A DNA stretch of 30,269 bases from a virus (lineage: Duplodnaviria > Caudoviricetes), in IMG/VR virus record IMGVR_UViG_3300020403_000053, positions 1 to 30,269 of that record, one strand, 5' to 3'. The translations under genes and the position numbers were made by a program. This document shows positions 8,946 through 17,750 of the stretch, piece after piece; position 1 is the first letter of the stretch; each line of letters opens with the position of its first letter. The notes under the pieces were generated by a model. It made no database searches, was not told where the DNA came from, and worked only from the letters and a program-made list of their open reading frames with translations.

Positions 8946-11054
8946 ATGCATTTAGAGCCATTAGATAAATTACAGATAGAAAGTATTGTCTCAAAAGCTA
9001 TCCAAGACGCTGTAGATTTTATAGATGCAGAAATACATCCACAGCGTTTAAAAGCGCAACGATACTTTGATTTAGAAACAGATCTAGGTTTTGAAGAAGG
9101 GCGAAGCAGTGTCGTTAGCAGTAAGTGCCGGGATGTTGTTAGAGGATTAAAACCGTCTTTACAGCGTGTGTTCTTAGCCAGTGAAAAGCCCGTAGAATTT
9201 GTTCCTAGAGGTCCAGAGGATGCCCAGGCTGCTGAACAAGCTACAAAATTTATTAACTATAAGTTCCAACAGTTAGATGGTTATAAATTAATTAATGACG
9301 TTTTTCAGGATGCGATGGTTAAAAAAACAGGTATTGCATATGTCTATTATGATGACCGGGTTAAAACGGATATACAAACTTACACTGGTTTGAGTGATGA
9401 GGAATTTACCTTAATTGTTGAAAGCGATGATGTAGAAGTTATTGAGCATGAAAAAGTTTCTGTGACAAAAATTAGTGAAGATGGAATAGATGCAGATGCA
9501 GCAGTACATGATCTAAAAATATCCCGATCATTACCAGATGGAGATTTAGCGGTAAAATCAATTCCACCGGAGGATTTTTTCGTTGATAGATCTGCAAGAA
9601 GTATTTCAGAGTATTATATTTGTGGTCATACATCAGATATGACTATGGCTGATTTATTTGCTATGGGATTTACTGAGGAAGAACTTCAAGATGTTAACAA
9701 CACTGAATATTCAGTTACTGATGACGAGGCTGAATTTGAACGCCGGGGATATACGGTAAGTGATGCAGATGATGAAAACGAAAGTTTATCGTCAAAGAAA
9801 ATTACCGTTACAACAGCATTTATGAAATTAGACATTGAGGGTACTGGCAAGCCACAACTCTATCAATTTATTTGCGCTGGCTCTAATTATACTTTGTTAG
9901 ATTTTTATGAAGCTGACGAGACACCATACGCTATTTTTGAGGTTGACCCAGAACCTCATGCTTTCTTTGGCACTTCAACTGTTGATTTGTGTATATCAGA
10001 CCAGGACGCAGCAACCTCGATGCTAAGAGGTATTTTGGATAATGCTGCTTTGGTTAACAATCCGGGCTTACAGATAGTCGATGGTCAGGTTGCAACAGAA
10101 GACGTTTTATCAAACGAAGTCGGACGCATTGTGCGAGTTAAAAATTTAAATGCCATGAAAGAAATGGCAATACCTTTTACAGCAGCACAAACACTCCCGG
10201 CCTTACAATACTTTGACCAGTTAGTAGATAACAAAACTGGCGTAAGCAAAATGGCACAAGGGCTAGATCCTGATGTGTTAAAAAGTGCAACGGCAACAAG
10301 TGTTGCGGCGTCTATGGAGGGCCAGGCTGGTCAAGCTGAAGTAGTTGCAAGAAACTTGGCTGAAGGTGGTATGCGTCAATTGTTTTCACTGATGCTTAAA
10401 TTATTTGTCAAAAATGTAGATGAAGAACAAGTAATGCGTGTTAACGGTGATTTTGTTCCGATAGATCCTACATCATTTAATCCAGAAATGGATTTAGTTG
10501 TTAATGTAGGAATAGGAACAGGTAGACAAAACGAACGTGCAGCAGCCTTACAGCAAACATTAGCTATACAGCAACAGATTTACACTGCATATGGGCCAAT
10601 GAACGGTGTTGTTACTTTGACGCAAATAAGAAACACACTAGCTGATATGTTGGCTCTGGGCGGTATTAGAAACGCAGAAAGATATTACCAGCCAATGACT
10701 GAAGAAATAGAGCAGCAAATGCTGATGATGCAGCAACAGCAAGCACAACAACAAGCTATGATGCAGGGGCAGCAGCCAGATCCAATGGCAATGGCAATGC
10801 AAGCAGAACAGTTTAAAACACAAACAAACGCACAAGTTGACATGGCTAAAGCACAAATGGATAATCAGTACAAAATGCATGAACTAGCTATGAAAGATGA
10901 TTTGCAGCGTGATGAAATGGTACAGAACTTAGCAGTAAAAGTGGCAGAAATATTAGGTAAGTATGGAACGGCTGTAGACGTCCAGGGCATTAAGGCAGAA
11001 CAAGATGCAACACGTCAACATAACGAAGCAATGATGGGTATGAATGGCGGTTGA
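8946..11054 (+). CDS. Portal protein (P22-like)
   Basis: 702 aa with GRSSVVS, FVPRGPED, DAMVKKTGI and IPPEDFFVD, plus a Q/M-rich coiled-coil C-terminal barrel; followed by scaffold and capsid. Confidence 0.9.
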   Translation: MHLEPLDKLQIESIVSKAIQDAVDFIDAEIHPQRLKAQRYFDLETDLGFEEGRSSVVSSKCRDVVRGLKPSLQRVFLASEKPVEFVPRGPEDAQAAEQATKFINYKFQQLDGYKLINDVFQDAMVKKTGIAYVYYDDRVKTDIQTYTGLSDEEFTLIVESDDVEVIEHEKVSVTKISEDGIDADAAVHDLKISRSLPDGDLAVKSIPPEDFFVDRSARSISEYYICGHTSDMTMADLFAMGFTEEELQDVNNTEYSVTDDEAEFERRGYTVSDADDENESLSSKKITVTTAFMKLDIEGTGKPQLYQFICAGSNYTLLDFYEADETPYAIFEVDPEPHAFFGTSTVDLCISDQDAATSMLRGILDNAALVNNPGLQIVDGQVATEDVLSNEVGRIVRVKNLNAMKEMAIPFTAAQTLPALQYFDQLVDNKTGVSKMAQGLDPDVLKSATATSVAASMEGQAGQAEVVARNLAEGGMRQLFSLMLKLFVKNVDEEQVMRVNGDFVPIDPTSFNPEMDLVVNVGIGTGRQNERAAALQQTLAIQQQIYTAYGPMNGVVTLTQIRNTLADMLALGGIRNAERYYQPMTEEIEQQMLMMQQQQAQQQAMMQGQQPDPMAMAMQAEQFKTQTNAQVDMAKAQMDNQYKMHELAMKDDLQRDEMVQNLAVKVAEILGKYGTAVDVQGIKAEQDATRQHNEAMMGMNGG

Positions 11055-11292
11055 TTTAGAAATAAGGGCTAGACGATCAAAAAGCCTGTTAGAAAATGAT
11101 TGGTTTATAGAAACCATAAGGGATTTGCGACAACATCAAATGAATGTTTTTGCAAATAGTAGCGCCGATGAGGTGGAGATCCGTGAGGACGCTCATGCCA
11201 TTCTCAGGGCATTAAATGCAATCGAGGTCTCATTAAAGGCAGATGTAGATGCTATAGAGATCTTAAAACATAAGGGAAAGCACCGTGGCTGA
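11044..11292 (+). CDS. Small head-module protein between portal and scaffold
   Basis: 82 aa, helical, overlaps both neighbours; a usual position in P22-like marine phages. Confidence 0.75.
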   Translation: MAVDLEIRARRSKSLLENDWFIETIRDLRQHQMNVFANSSADEVEIREDAHAILRALNAIEVSLKADVDAIEILKHKGKHRG

Positions 11293-12280
11293 AGAAACGA
11301 CTAACCCAATAGACGGCAGAGATATGGATGCAGTGGCCGCAAGTTTACTTGAAACAACTGTAGAAAATCCAACTGAACCAGAGCCAGAAGCTGTGGAGGC
11401 AACTGATGTCGATCAGACCGAAACAGAAGAGGTTGTGGAGCTTGAAGAGGATGCCATTGAAGCGTCAGACGATGGTGAAGAATATTCTGACGATGAGGAA
11501 TATGAAGTAGCTGAAGAACCCGAAGTTGAGCAAGAGCCTCTTTACACTGTAAAAGTTAACGGTGAAGAAAGACAGGTAGACCTTGCAGAACTGACACGAG
11601 GTTATTCTGGTCAAAAGTATATCCAAGAGGGTATGGCGAATGTTGCTAATCAAAAGAAAGAAATTGAGAGGCTACAACAGGAGACCACCCAAGAGCGACA
11701 AGCTTTAATGCAATTAATGAAGCAAGTCCAAGCGGAAGGTGTGCCGCAAGTCCCACAATATCCAAGCGAGGAACTGCGTAGCAGTGACCCTATAGGTTTC
11801 TTGGAAAAGGAAGCGGAATATCGAAGGGCTGTAGACAAGCGCCAACAGTTTGAGCAACAAGCAAGGGCTGTAGCGCAACGTGAAGCACAGGAGCAACAAA
11901 GATTAAACGATGAACGTCTTAGCCAAGAGGCCATGCGCCTGGCGGAGTGGATGCCTGAGTTTAGTAATCCTGAAAAGAAAGCTGAAATTATACAAGATAT
12001 GACCGTCAAAGCAAAAAAACATTACAATCTGACAGATGAGATGATTGGAACTGTTCAAACTGCTGAAGAAGTTCGTATTTTAAATGATGCTTTAAAATGG
12101 CGAGAGCTACAAACTAGTAAGTCCAAAGCTGAGAAAAAGGTAGAGGGAGCTAGGAAAGTAGTTAAGCCAGCAGCTAAACGTGCAGCAAACGCTGGGAAAG
12201 TTTCACAAGCTAAAAAGTTAAAATCGCAAATGGAGAAAACTGGCAGTGTCGATGATGTTGCTAGGTTTTTATTATCTTAA
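11285..12280 (+). CDS. Capsid scaffolding protein
   Basis: Very acidic N-terminus, YTVKVNGEERQVDLAELTRGY motif, coiled coil, and basic C-terminus ending KTGSVDDVARFL. Confidence 0.85.
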   Translation: MAEETTNPIDGRDMDAVAASLLETTVENPTEPEPEAVEATDVDQTETEEVVELEEDAIEASDDGEEYSDDEEYEVAEEPEVEQEPLYTVKVNGEERQVDLAELTRGYSGQKYIQEGMANVANQKKEIERLQQETTQERQALMQLMKQVQAEGVPQVPQYPSEELRSSDPIGFLEKEAEYRRAVDKRQQFEQQARAVAQREAQEQQRLNDERLSQEAMRLAEWMPEFSNPEKKAEIIQDMTVKAKKHYNLTDEMIGTVQTAEEVRILNDALKWRELQTSKSKAEKKVEGARKVVKPAAKRAANAGKVSQAKKLKSQMEKTGSVDDVARFLLS

Positions 12281-12302
12281 CTTTTGTCTAGGAGACTAAA
12301 TC

Positions 12303-13265
12303 ATGGCTGTAACAGCTAATACAAACGAAACGTACTCAGAAAGTATCATTAAAGAAGATCTTTCAAGTGCATTAACATCTATAAGTCCAACAGAGTGTCC
12401 TTTTATGGCGGCTGTAGGCACTCGCAACATCTCTAATACCTACTTTGAGTGGGCAGAAGTGGATCTGGCGGCTGCTGTGGACAACAATTCCAAAATCGAG
12501 GGTGACTCTGGATTAGCCAACGATGCACCCCATAACGCAGTAAGAAAAGCCAATTATTCAAATATCAGTACGAAGGTCGTAGAAGTTTCTGACACCGCTA
12601 ACCAGGTCTCTGGTGTGGCAGACGCTCAGACTACTGCAAAACAGGTTGCATATGCTCTAGCGGCCCTAAAACGCGATATGGAAAAAATGAGCTTAAACAA
12701 TGCTGCCGCCAATGCTGGTGCATCTGGTACGGCTCGTGTGACTGCTGGTGTTCCTGCATTCCTTACCACAAACGTAAATCGTGGTACTGGTGGTGCTAAC
12801 GGTACAACATCAGGATCTGGCTCTGCTGGTTATCCAAACGCAGCGGCTACTGACGGAACAGCTAGAGCAATCACTGAGGCTATGTTGAAGAGTGTCGTAG
12901 CTGATTGTTGGACTGAAGGTGCAGAACCTAGCATTGTGCTTTGTGGGGCGTCCCAGAAGCAGACCATTTCTGGTTTCACAGGTAATGCTACCAAGTTCCA
13001 AGAAGTGGACGGGAAGCGCCTTACAGCCGCTGTGGACATCTATATTTCTGATTTTGGAAGTCTAGAAATCGTTCCAGCAAGGCACGTCCGTTCTAGGGAT
13101 GTTCTCGTTTTGGACCCAAATTATGCTAAAATTGCATATCTACAAACAGCAACGCAAAAAGAACTTGCCCGTACTGGTTTGTCAGAGCGTAGATTAATCA
13201 GCGCAGAATGGGGCGTTGAGGTTACTTCTGAAAAGGCCCACGGGATAATTGCAGACGTATCATAA
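12303..13265 (+). CDS. Major capsid protein (DUF5309/SU10-like)
   Basis: 320 aa with EDLS..L..ISPTECPF, YFEW, LKRDMEK, YISDFG and ELARTG; strong AGGAG RBS. Confidence 0.9.
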   Translation: MAVTANTNETYSESIIKEDLSSALTSISPTECPFMAAVGTRNISNTYFEWAEVDLAAAVDNNSKIEGDSGLANDAPHNAVRKANYSNISTKVVEVSDTANQVSGVADAQTTAKQVAYALAALKRDMEKMSLNNAAANAGASGTARVTAGVPAFLTTNVNRGTGGANGTTSGSGSAGYPNAAATDGTARAITEAMLKSVVADCWTEGAEPSIVLCGASQKQTISGFTGNATKFQEVDGKRLTAAVDIYISDFGSLEIVPARHVRSRDVLVLDPNYAKIAYLQTATQKELARTGLSERRLISAEWGVEVTSEKAHGIIADVS

Positions 13266-13271
13266 AAATAG

Positions 13272-13291
13272 TGGGGGCGATTTAGCCCCCA
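13272..13291 (+). terminator. Hairpin after capsid gene (weak terminator or mRNA-stabilising stem)
   Basis: TGGGGGC-GATTTA-GCCCCCA perfect 7-bp stem; no downstream U-tract. Confidence 0.5.
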
Positions 13292-13310
13292 TACCTAATA
13301 GGAGGTTAAT

Positions 13311-13571
13311 ATGAAAATTAAAATTGTTAGTGATAGACAGCCTTTTGTGGATGGCAAAAAAGCTATGCTAGATGAAGAGTTTGATGTGACAGACGCAGAA
13401 GGCAGGGCAATGATTGAAAATGGATTAGCAATCCGGGCAGAAGAAAAGCCAAAACGTGCTAGAAATAGTAAGGGTCAATTGCAAAAAGATGATCCAACTA
13501 CAGAAACAAATGAAGCTTGGGTTGGAGGCGTAGCCCCAAAGAAAAAGGCTAAAAAGAAAAATGCAAAATGA
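13311..13571 (+). CDS. Small head-associated protein with basic C-terminus
   Basis: 86 aa, AGGAGG RBS, directly after the capsid gene. Confidence 0.75.
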   Translation: MKIKIVSDRQPFVDGKKAMLDEEFDVTDAEGRAMIENGLAIRAEEKPKRARNSKGQLQKDDPTTETNEAWVGGVAPKKKAKKKNAK

Positions 13572-13842
13572 TGTAAAAACAAACTATCATTGGGAAGATA
13601 ATAAACTGGTTGTTGATCGTAGCCAGGATGTCCAGGATATTTTAGATTTTAACAAAGAAAGAAATATTGATGGACACAACCGTAAGTCTGATATGAGACT
13701 TGTTGGATCTATACCTTTTGTTGTGATCGAAATGTGGATGAAAGAATGTGGAGCAAAGCTAGGGTCCAAAGAGTTTCAAGAGTATGTCAAGAAAAAACTT
13801 ACTTCTGGTGAGTATAGTAAGTTGATAGCTAACGGGTACTAA
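13561..13842 (+). CDS. Hypothetical phage protein
   Basis: 93 aa overlapping the upstream gene; QDVQDILD and VGSIPFVVIEMW motifs recalled from post-capsid genes. Confidence 0.75.
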   Translation: MQNDVKTNYHWEDNKLVVDRSQDVQDILDFNKERNIDGHNRKSDMRLVGSIPFVVIEMWMKECGAKLGSKEFQEYVKKKLTSGEYSKLIANGY

Positions 13843-14259
13843 ATGGATCTGCCCAAGGTAAATATCCTTACTGCTGGAACTATGGTCGTGGCTACTGTGG
13901 GAACAATCAGTGGGGCTATATGGTATGCCTCTGGGCAAGCATCTATTATAGAAGGACTTACACAACAGGTCGAAACTTTGACCATTGAAAACAATGCTAC
14001 TGACCGCACCAATTTGATCAGAGATGTTGAACAAAATGCGGAACAAATAGATGAAATAATTGATTATATCGTAGAACTTGAAGAAGAAGGTGAAGAAACC
14101 TTAGAGGATGTAATGTCCGAATTTGACGAGGTGTACGAAACGCAGGAGGGTTTTCTACTGCAATTTAATCAGATCGTGAAATTACAAGCTAGAGTAAAAA
14201 CTTTAGAAAATACTTTAGAATATTTGACAAGAAGCCCTGCACTATCTGACGGGAGGTAA
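13843..14259 (+). CDS. Membrane-anchored acidic coiled-coil protein
   Basis: N-terminal hydrophobic helix (ILTAGTMVVATVGTISGAIWYA) followed by coiled coil. Confidence 0.7.
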   Translation: MDLPKVNILTAGTMVVATVGTISGAIWYASGQASIIEGLTQQVETLTIENNATDRTNLIRDVEQNAEQIDEIIDYIVELEEEGEETLEDVMSEFDEVYETQEGFLLQFNQIVKLQARVKTLENTLEYLTRSPALSDGR

Positions 14260-14261
14260 AT

Positions 14262-14717
14262 ATGGACCCCTTAACGATATTGGGCGTTGTGAAATCTTCT
14301 CTAATGGCCGGGAAAACCGTTGCAAGTCTGTCTAAAGAAATAGGGCAGTTTTTTGATGCTACTGATAATGCTAAAAAGAAACTCCAACAAAAAGGAGTGT
14401 CTGGCTCAAATGTCAACGCAATCGCTATGGAGCGGTTTGCCAAATTAAGACAGGCTGCTGAAGCTGAAGAGGAATTGAAAAAATTTATTTCAGAGCAATT
14501 AGGACCCTCGCATTGGCAAACTTTGCTCAAAATAAGACGGGAAGTGTTGCAAGAAAAAAGGGAAGCTGAAGCTAGAGCCAGACGAGAAGCAATTGAAAGG
14601 CAAGAATTGGCTATAACTATTGCCGGGATAGTTGTGCTTCTGTTGTTTTCTGCAATCGGCTCAATGGCGTACCTACACTACATGAATTGGATTGACGTTA
14701 GAGATTGGATTAGGTGA
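14262..14717 (+). CDS. Hypothetical membrane protein (C-terminal TM helix)
   Basis: GGAGG RBS, MDPLTIL start, TM segment AITIAGIVVLLLFSAIGSMAYL. Confidence 0.75.
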   Translation: MDPLTILGVVKSSLMAGKTVASLSKEIGQFFDATDNAKKKLQQKGVSGSNVNAIAMERFAKLRQAAEAEEELKKFISEQLGPSHWQTLLKIRREVLQEKREAEARARREAIERQELAITIAGIVVLLLFSAIGSMAYLHYMNWIDVRDWIR

Positions 14718-14836
14718 GACTTGTCGAGGTTAAGAGAAATAGGTTTGTCGTATATACAGAAAACGGTAAAGTGGTTATACAAACAAGTGACTTGAGAGTT
14801 GCAAGGAGGTTTTTAAATGCCGAAAAAACAGTATGA
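14714..14836 (+). CDS. 40-aa small protein (not in ORF track)
   Basis: GTGA overlap with the upstream stop; reads MRLVEVKRNRFVVYTENGKVVIQTSDLRVARRFLNAEKTV and fills the intergenic gap. Confidence 0.6.
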   Translation: MRLVEVKRNRFVVYTENGKVVIQTSDLRVARRFLNAEKTV

Positions 14837-15125
14837 TTTTAATGACAACGGGAAGATAGACCCCGAAGAACGTGAAATAATGTTGGAAGATCGCCGCCGT
14901 ATCATGAGTGACAATGATGCCCGTAGAGATGCTCAACGTAGGATGTGCTGGTTTAGTTTATTTGGCATGTTGCTCTTTCCCTTCGGTGTTGTTTTTACTG
15001 AGTGGATGGAGTTACCGCAAGCTTCAGTAATGCTGTCTAGCATGAGTAACATTTACTATGTTTCGATAGCTGCAATCGTTGCAAGTTATTATGGTTTTAC
15101 AAATGTAGGGAGTAAGGACAATTGA
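14817..15125 (+). CDS. Two-TM membrane protein with N-terminal EF-hand-like loop (holin/antiholin candidate)
   Basis: DFNDNGKIDPEE loop, two hydrophobic helices, AAGGAGG RBS, adjacent to the holin. Confidence 0.7.
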   Translation: MPKKQYDFNDNGKIDPEEREIMLEDRRRIMSDNDARRDAQRRMCWFSLFGMLLFPFGVVFTEWMELPQASVMLSSMSNIYYVSIAAIVASYYGFTNVGSKDN

Positions 15126-15499
15126 TTGATAAATTGATAGGCCCCGTAAGTGGCATTCTCGATAAGGTAATACCAGACAAGGACCAGGCCGCTAAACTAG
15201 CTCACGAGGTGGCTACAATGGCTGATAAGCATAGCCAGGAGCTTGCCCTCGCTCAGTTAGAAATACTTAAAGCTGACGCCAAGGGCAACTGGTTCCAATC
15301 GTCCTGGCGTCCACTCATCGGATGGCTGGGTGGAATAGGGTTAGGTGTAAATTATATTGTTAGCCCAATATGCGCCGGGTTCGGTGTTATAATCCCACAG
15401 GCTGACATGAGCGTTATGATGCCTTTGCTTTTAGGAATGCTTGGAATGGCTGGCGCAAGAAGTTTCGACAAGTTAAAAGGGACGGATAGTAAAAAATGA
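15122..15499 (+). CDS. Holin (GTA-type 3TM holin family)
   Basis: LIGPVSGILDKVIPDKD, WFQSSWRPLIGW and LLGMLGMAGARSFDK; directly before the endolysin. Confidence 0.85.
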   Translation: MIDKLIGPVSGILDKVIPDKDQAAKLAHEVATMADKHSQELALAQLEILKADAKGNWFQSSWRPLIGWLGGIGLGVNYIVSPICAGFGVIIPQADMSVMMPLLLGMLGMAGARSFDKLKGTDSKK

Positions 15500-16107
15500 G
15501 TGAAGCATTAGCAAATTTTCAAAAGCAGATTGGCGCTAAACCTGATGGATCATTTGGCCCAAATACAGCACGAGCTATAAAAAAGCATTATGCACTTAGT
15601 CCAGAACGTGCAGCACATCTTTTAGGCCAGGTAATACACGAAAGCGGTAATTTTCGATATGTTCGAGAAAATCTAAATTATTCCGTTGAGGCTATGATGA
15701 AAGTATGGCCTAGCAGATTTCCTACTAAGGAGAGTGCAGAACCGTTCGCCAGAGACCCTGAGAAGCTCGCTGAGAAGGTTTATGGCGGTAGGATGGGTAA
15801 CCCCCCTGGAATGGCTGGAAAATTCCTGGGAAGAGGTTTCCTTCAATTGACGGGCTATAACAATGTAAAAGCCTTTTCTGATGATATGGGTGACCCGGAA
15901 ATATTAGAGAACCCAGAAATCATCGAAACAAAATATCCGATGGATACAGCTATTTGGTTTTTCCAGAAAAATGGTTTGTGGAAGATCGCAGATAATGGCG
16001 TCAATGATGACACTATTACCCGTATCACTAAAAAAATTAATGGTGGTACAATCGGCTTAGACCATAGGATGAAAGAAACTAAAAAAATCTTTACCTATCT
16101 TATATAA
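15496..16107 (+). CDS. Endolysin, glycoside hydrolase family 19, with short PG-binding N-terminus
   Basis: FQKQIGAKPDGSFGPNT, HESGNF, ENLNYS, GRGFLQLTG and INGGTIGLDHR. Confidence 0.9.
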   Translation: MSEALANFQKQIGAKPDGSFGPNTARAIKKHYALSPERAAHLLGQVIHESGNFRYVRENLNYSVEAMMKVWPSRFPTKESAEPFARDPEKLAEKVYGGRMGNPPGMAGKFLGRGFLQLTGYNNVKAFSDDMGDPEILENPEIIETKYPMDTAIWFFQKNGLWKIADNGVNDDTITRITKKINGGTIGLDHRMKETKKIFTYLI

Positions 16108-16228
16108 AAAGCGAGGACGCCCAGCGCCTGGCTCCAACCAAGATATACGCCGCCTCATGTCAGGTTACACTACTGTCTTTCACTGCGCTAGAAAGACAGT
16201 CTGACAGGGGTACACAACCGCCCTCGCT
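16106..16228 (-). ncRNA. Structured RNA element A (multi-stem, ends in U5; may also terminate early transcription)
   Basis: Stems 16110-16119/16219-16228, 16158-16163/16201-16206, 16172-16181/16191-16200 and 16127-16131/16138-16142; the mismatches become G-U only on the minus strand. Confidence 0.6.
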
Positions 16229-16233
16229 GTTCT

Positions 16234-16365
16234 TTTAAGTGCAACCACTCATTCAGTTACACTACCTGGTCACCATGAAGGAGTTTAGGCCCAGGCTGCT
16301 ATGGTTAGGGTCCAAGAATGAGCTACGTCAAAAACCACCCTGGCACTCATAGCTTACCACTTAAA
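16234..16365 (-). ncRNA. Structured RNA element B
   Basis: Stems 16234-16241/16358-16365, 16248-16254/16316-16322 and 16265-16269/16291-16295; shares GUAGUGUAAC with element A. Confidence 0.5.
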
Positions 16366-16375
16366 CCTCATGTTT

Positions 16376-16582
16376 TCACCAAGGTCTAAGTTTCGGCTTT
16401 ACGATTTTTGATGGTATTTCACTGTCTATACACCAGCCAGCTTCACCATTTATTTTATCGTAAAGACTATTCCTATCTACTAGTACACTCCAGCAAGCAT
16501 CCTCACTAGGAAACCATATTTTAGTTTCTTGTCGGTGACCGCTTACCATGTATTGGATAACCAGTAGATGAAAAAATTCCAT
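16376..16582 (-). CDS. Hypothetical protein
   Basis: 68 aa, AAGGAG RBS, two Cys, ends PKLRPW. Confidence 0.7.
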   Translation of the reverse strand: MEFFHLLVIQYMVSGHRQETKIWFPSEDACWSVLVDRNSLYDKINGEAGWCIDSEIPSKIVKPKLRPW

Positions 16583-16650
16583 TGTGTTTTAATCTCCTTA
16601 TGTTATGACCCCTTTCGGGGAGTTTCACGAGGGTGGACATAGGCTACGGC

Positions 16651-17031
16651 CTAGCTCCCCACCACATTTTTCTTGTTACCGTTTACAGATAAAACTTCTT
16701 TTCTAGGCAATCTGTACCGATAAATTGTATCGGATATAGTATGCACTGGTAAATTTAACGCATTGGCTATTTGTGCATTTGTTAAATCATAACCAAGCAA
16801 AATATTAATCGTTCGAACTCTTGGCGATGCCTGAATACTATCTTTGCGTCTATGGGCATTACCATCTAATCTACTTTTTTGTATTGCAGGAGAACTTTGG
16901 ACACTATTTTCTTTTTGCTTTCTTTGTAGTTTAGTGTGTGACCCAATAACTTTTGCCATGTGTTCACCTATCTCAGCTTCAGTAGGTATCCTTCCTAACT
17001 CTTTCATAAGCTCTCGTCTAAAGTCTATCAT
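16651..17031 (-). CDS. HTH DNA-binding protein (sigma70 region-4/LuxR-like C-terminus)
   Basis: LTNAQIANALNLPVHTISDTIYR. Start moved to ATG 17031 because of the ATGA overlap with the upstream stop. Confidence 0.65.
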   Translation of the reverse strand: MIDFRRELMKELGRIPTEAEIGEHMAKVIGSHTKLQRKQKENSVQSSPAIQKSRLDGNAHRRKDSIQASPRVRTINILLGYDLTNAQIANALNLPVHTISDTIYRYRLPRKEVLSVNGNKKNVVGS

Positions 17032-17237
17032 ATTTTTACCCCATTTCGTCTTAGTTTTAATGTAAATTGTTTTAGTTCTTCCCTGGCTCTCCAAAGATCG
17101 TTTTTTATATCCGGGTGATGATCATGCCCGTACAGTCGATCTTGTAGGTTATCGACTTGACGCCGCAGGAAGCGTAGAAGCTCCCTGTCGGCAGGGTTTA
17201 AATCACTATGCAGCAATTTGCTCATGGTCACGATCAT
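17028..17237 (-). CDS. Hypothetical protein
   Basis: 69-aa helical ORF in a tightly packed early operon; exact start uncertain. Confidence 0.65.
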   Translation of the reverse strand: MIVTMSKLLHSDLNPADRELLRFLRRQVDNLQDRLYGHDHHPDIKNDLWRAREELKQFTLKLRRNGVKI

Positions 17238-17490
17238 CTATAAATCGTAAAACTTTTGGTAGAATTTTATAAATGCAACTCTTGTGATTAATTCGTCCAC
17301 TTATAAGAGCATTTTCTACCCAATCGGTTTGATGACCGCTCCATAAATCCCAACGGTTCTCGATATAATCAAGCACTAAAATAAATTTCTTTTCTGCTTT
17401 AGTGCCTGGCATCGAGGTGAATTTAGCACTGTCATAATCTAATTCAGTTACGTCAATGCTATAGTTCATTATTGCAATCTTATCAGCCAT
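17206..17490 (-). CDS. Hypothetical protein
   Basis: 94 aa, GAGGAG RBS, TAATG-coupled. Confidence 0.7.
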   Translation of the reverse strand: MADKIAIMNYSIDVTELDYDSAKFTSMPGTKAEKKFILVLDYIENRWDLWSGHQTDWVENALISGRINHKSCIYKILPKVLRFIDDRDHEQIAA

Positions 17491-17750
17491 TATAAACTCT
17501 CCTCTAAAGCCCAGCCTATATCTTCTTCGTACTGCTTTTCGATATATGCCTTAATACGTTCTGGCAGTTTGTATGCATCAGTTGCTTTTAGAAAAGCTTT
17601 GTGCTTACGTCCATTTTCCAGGTAAATATCAACGTGTTCGATAATGCGGTCACGGTAGTCAACTACCGCTTCCGCACAGATCTTAATTGGTAGACCCTTA
17701 ACGCACACCTCAAGAAAACAACTAGTGGTATATGTGGCTTGTCTACGCAT
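17490..17750 (-). CDS. Hypothetical protein
   Basis: 86 aa, TAATG-coupled at both ends. Confidence 0.7.
   Translation of the reverse strand: MRRQATYTTSCFLEVCVKGLPIKICAEAVVDYRDRIIEHVDIYLENGRKHKAFLKATDAYKLPERIKAYIEKQYEEDIGWALEESL

Noticed and set aside
10700-10900. CAG/CAA/ATG-rich low-complexity tract
   Set aside because: Normal Q/M-rich barrel region of P22-like portals.
13843-14259. Calling this an i-spanin
   Set aside because: TM plus coiled coil fits, but it is very acidic, lies upstream of the holin, and no embedded lipoprotein partner was found.
2403-14530. Many minus-strand and alternative-frame ORFs inside structural genes
   Set aside because: They lie over well-supported genes and have no RBS or motif support.
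16106-16373. tRNA or known self-cleaving ribozyme in the structured gap
   Set aside because: GUAGUGUAAC resembles a D-arm start, but there is no T-loop GTTCRA or cloverleaf. No hammerhead CUGANGA/GAAA core, and no convincing twister or pistol consensus by eye.
17032-17094. N-terminal extension of the HTH ORF
   Set aside because: Overlaps the preceding gene; ATGA coupling supports a start at 17031.
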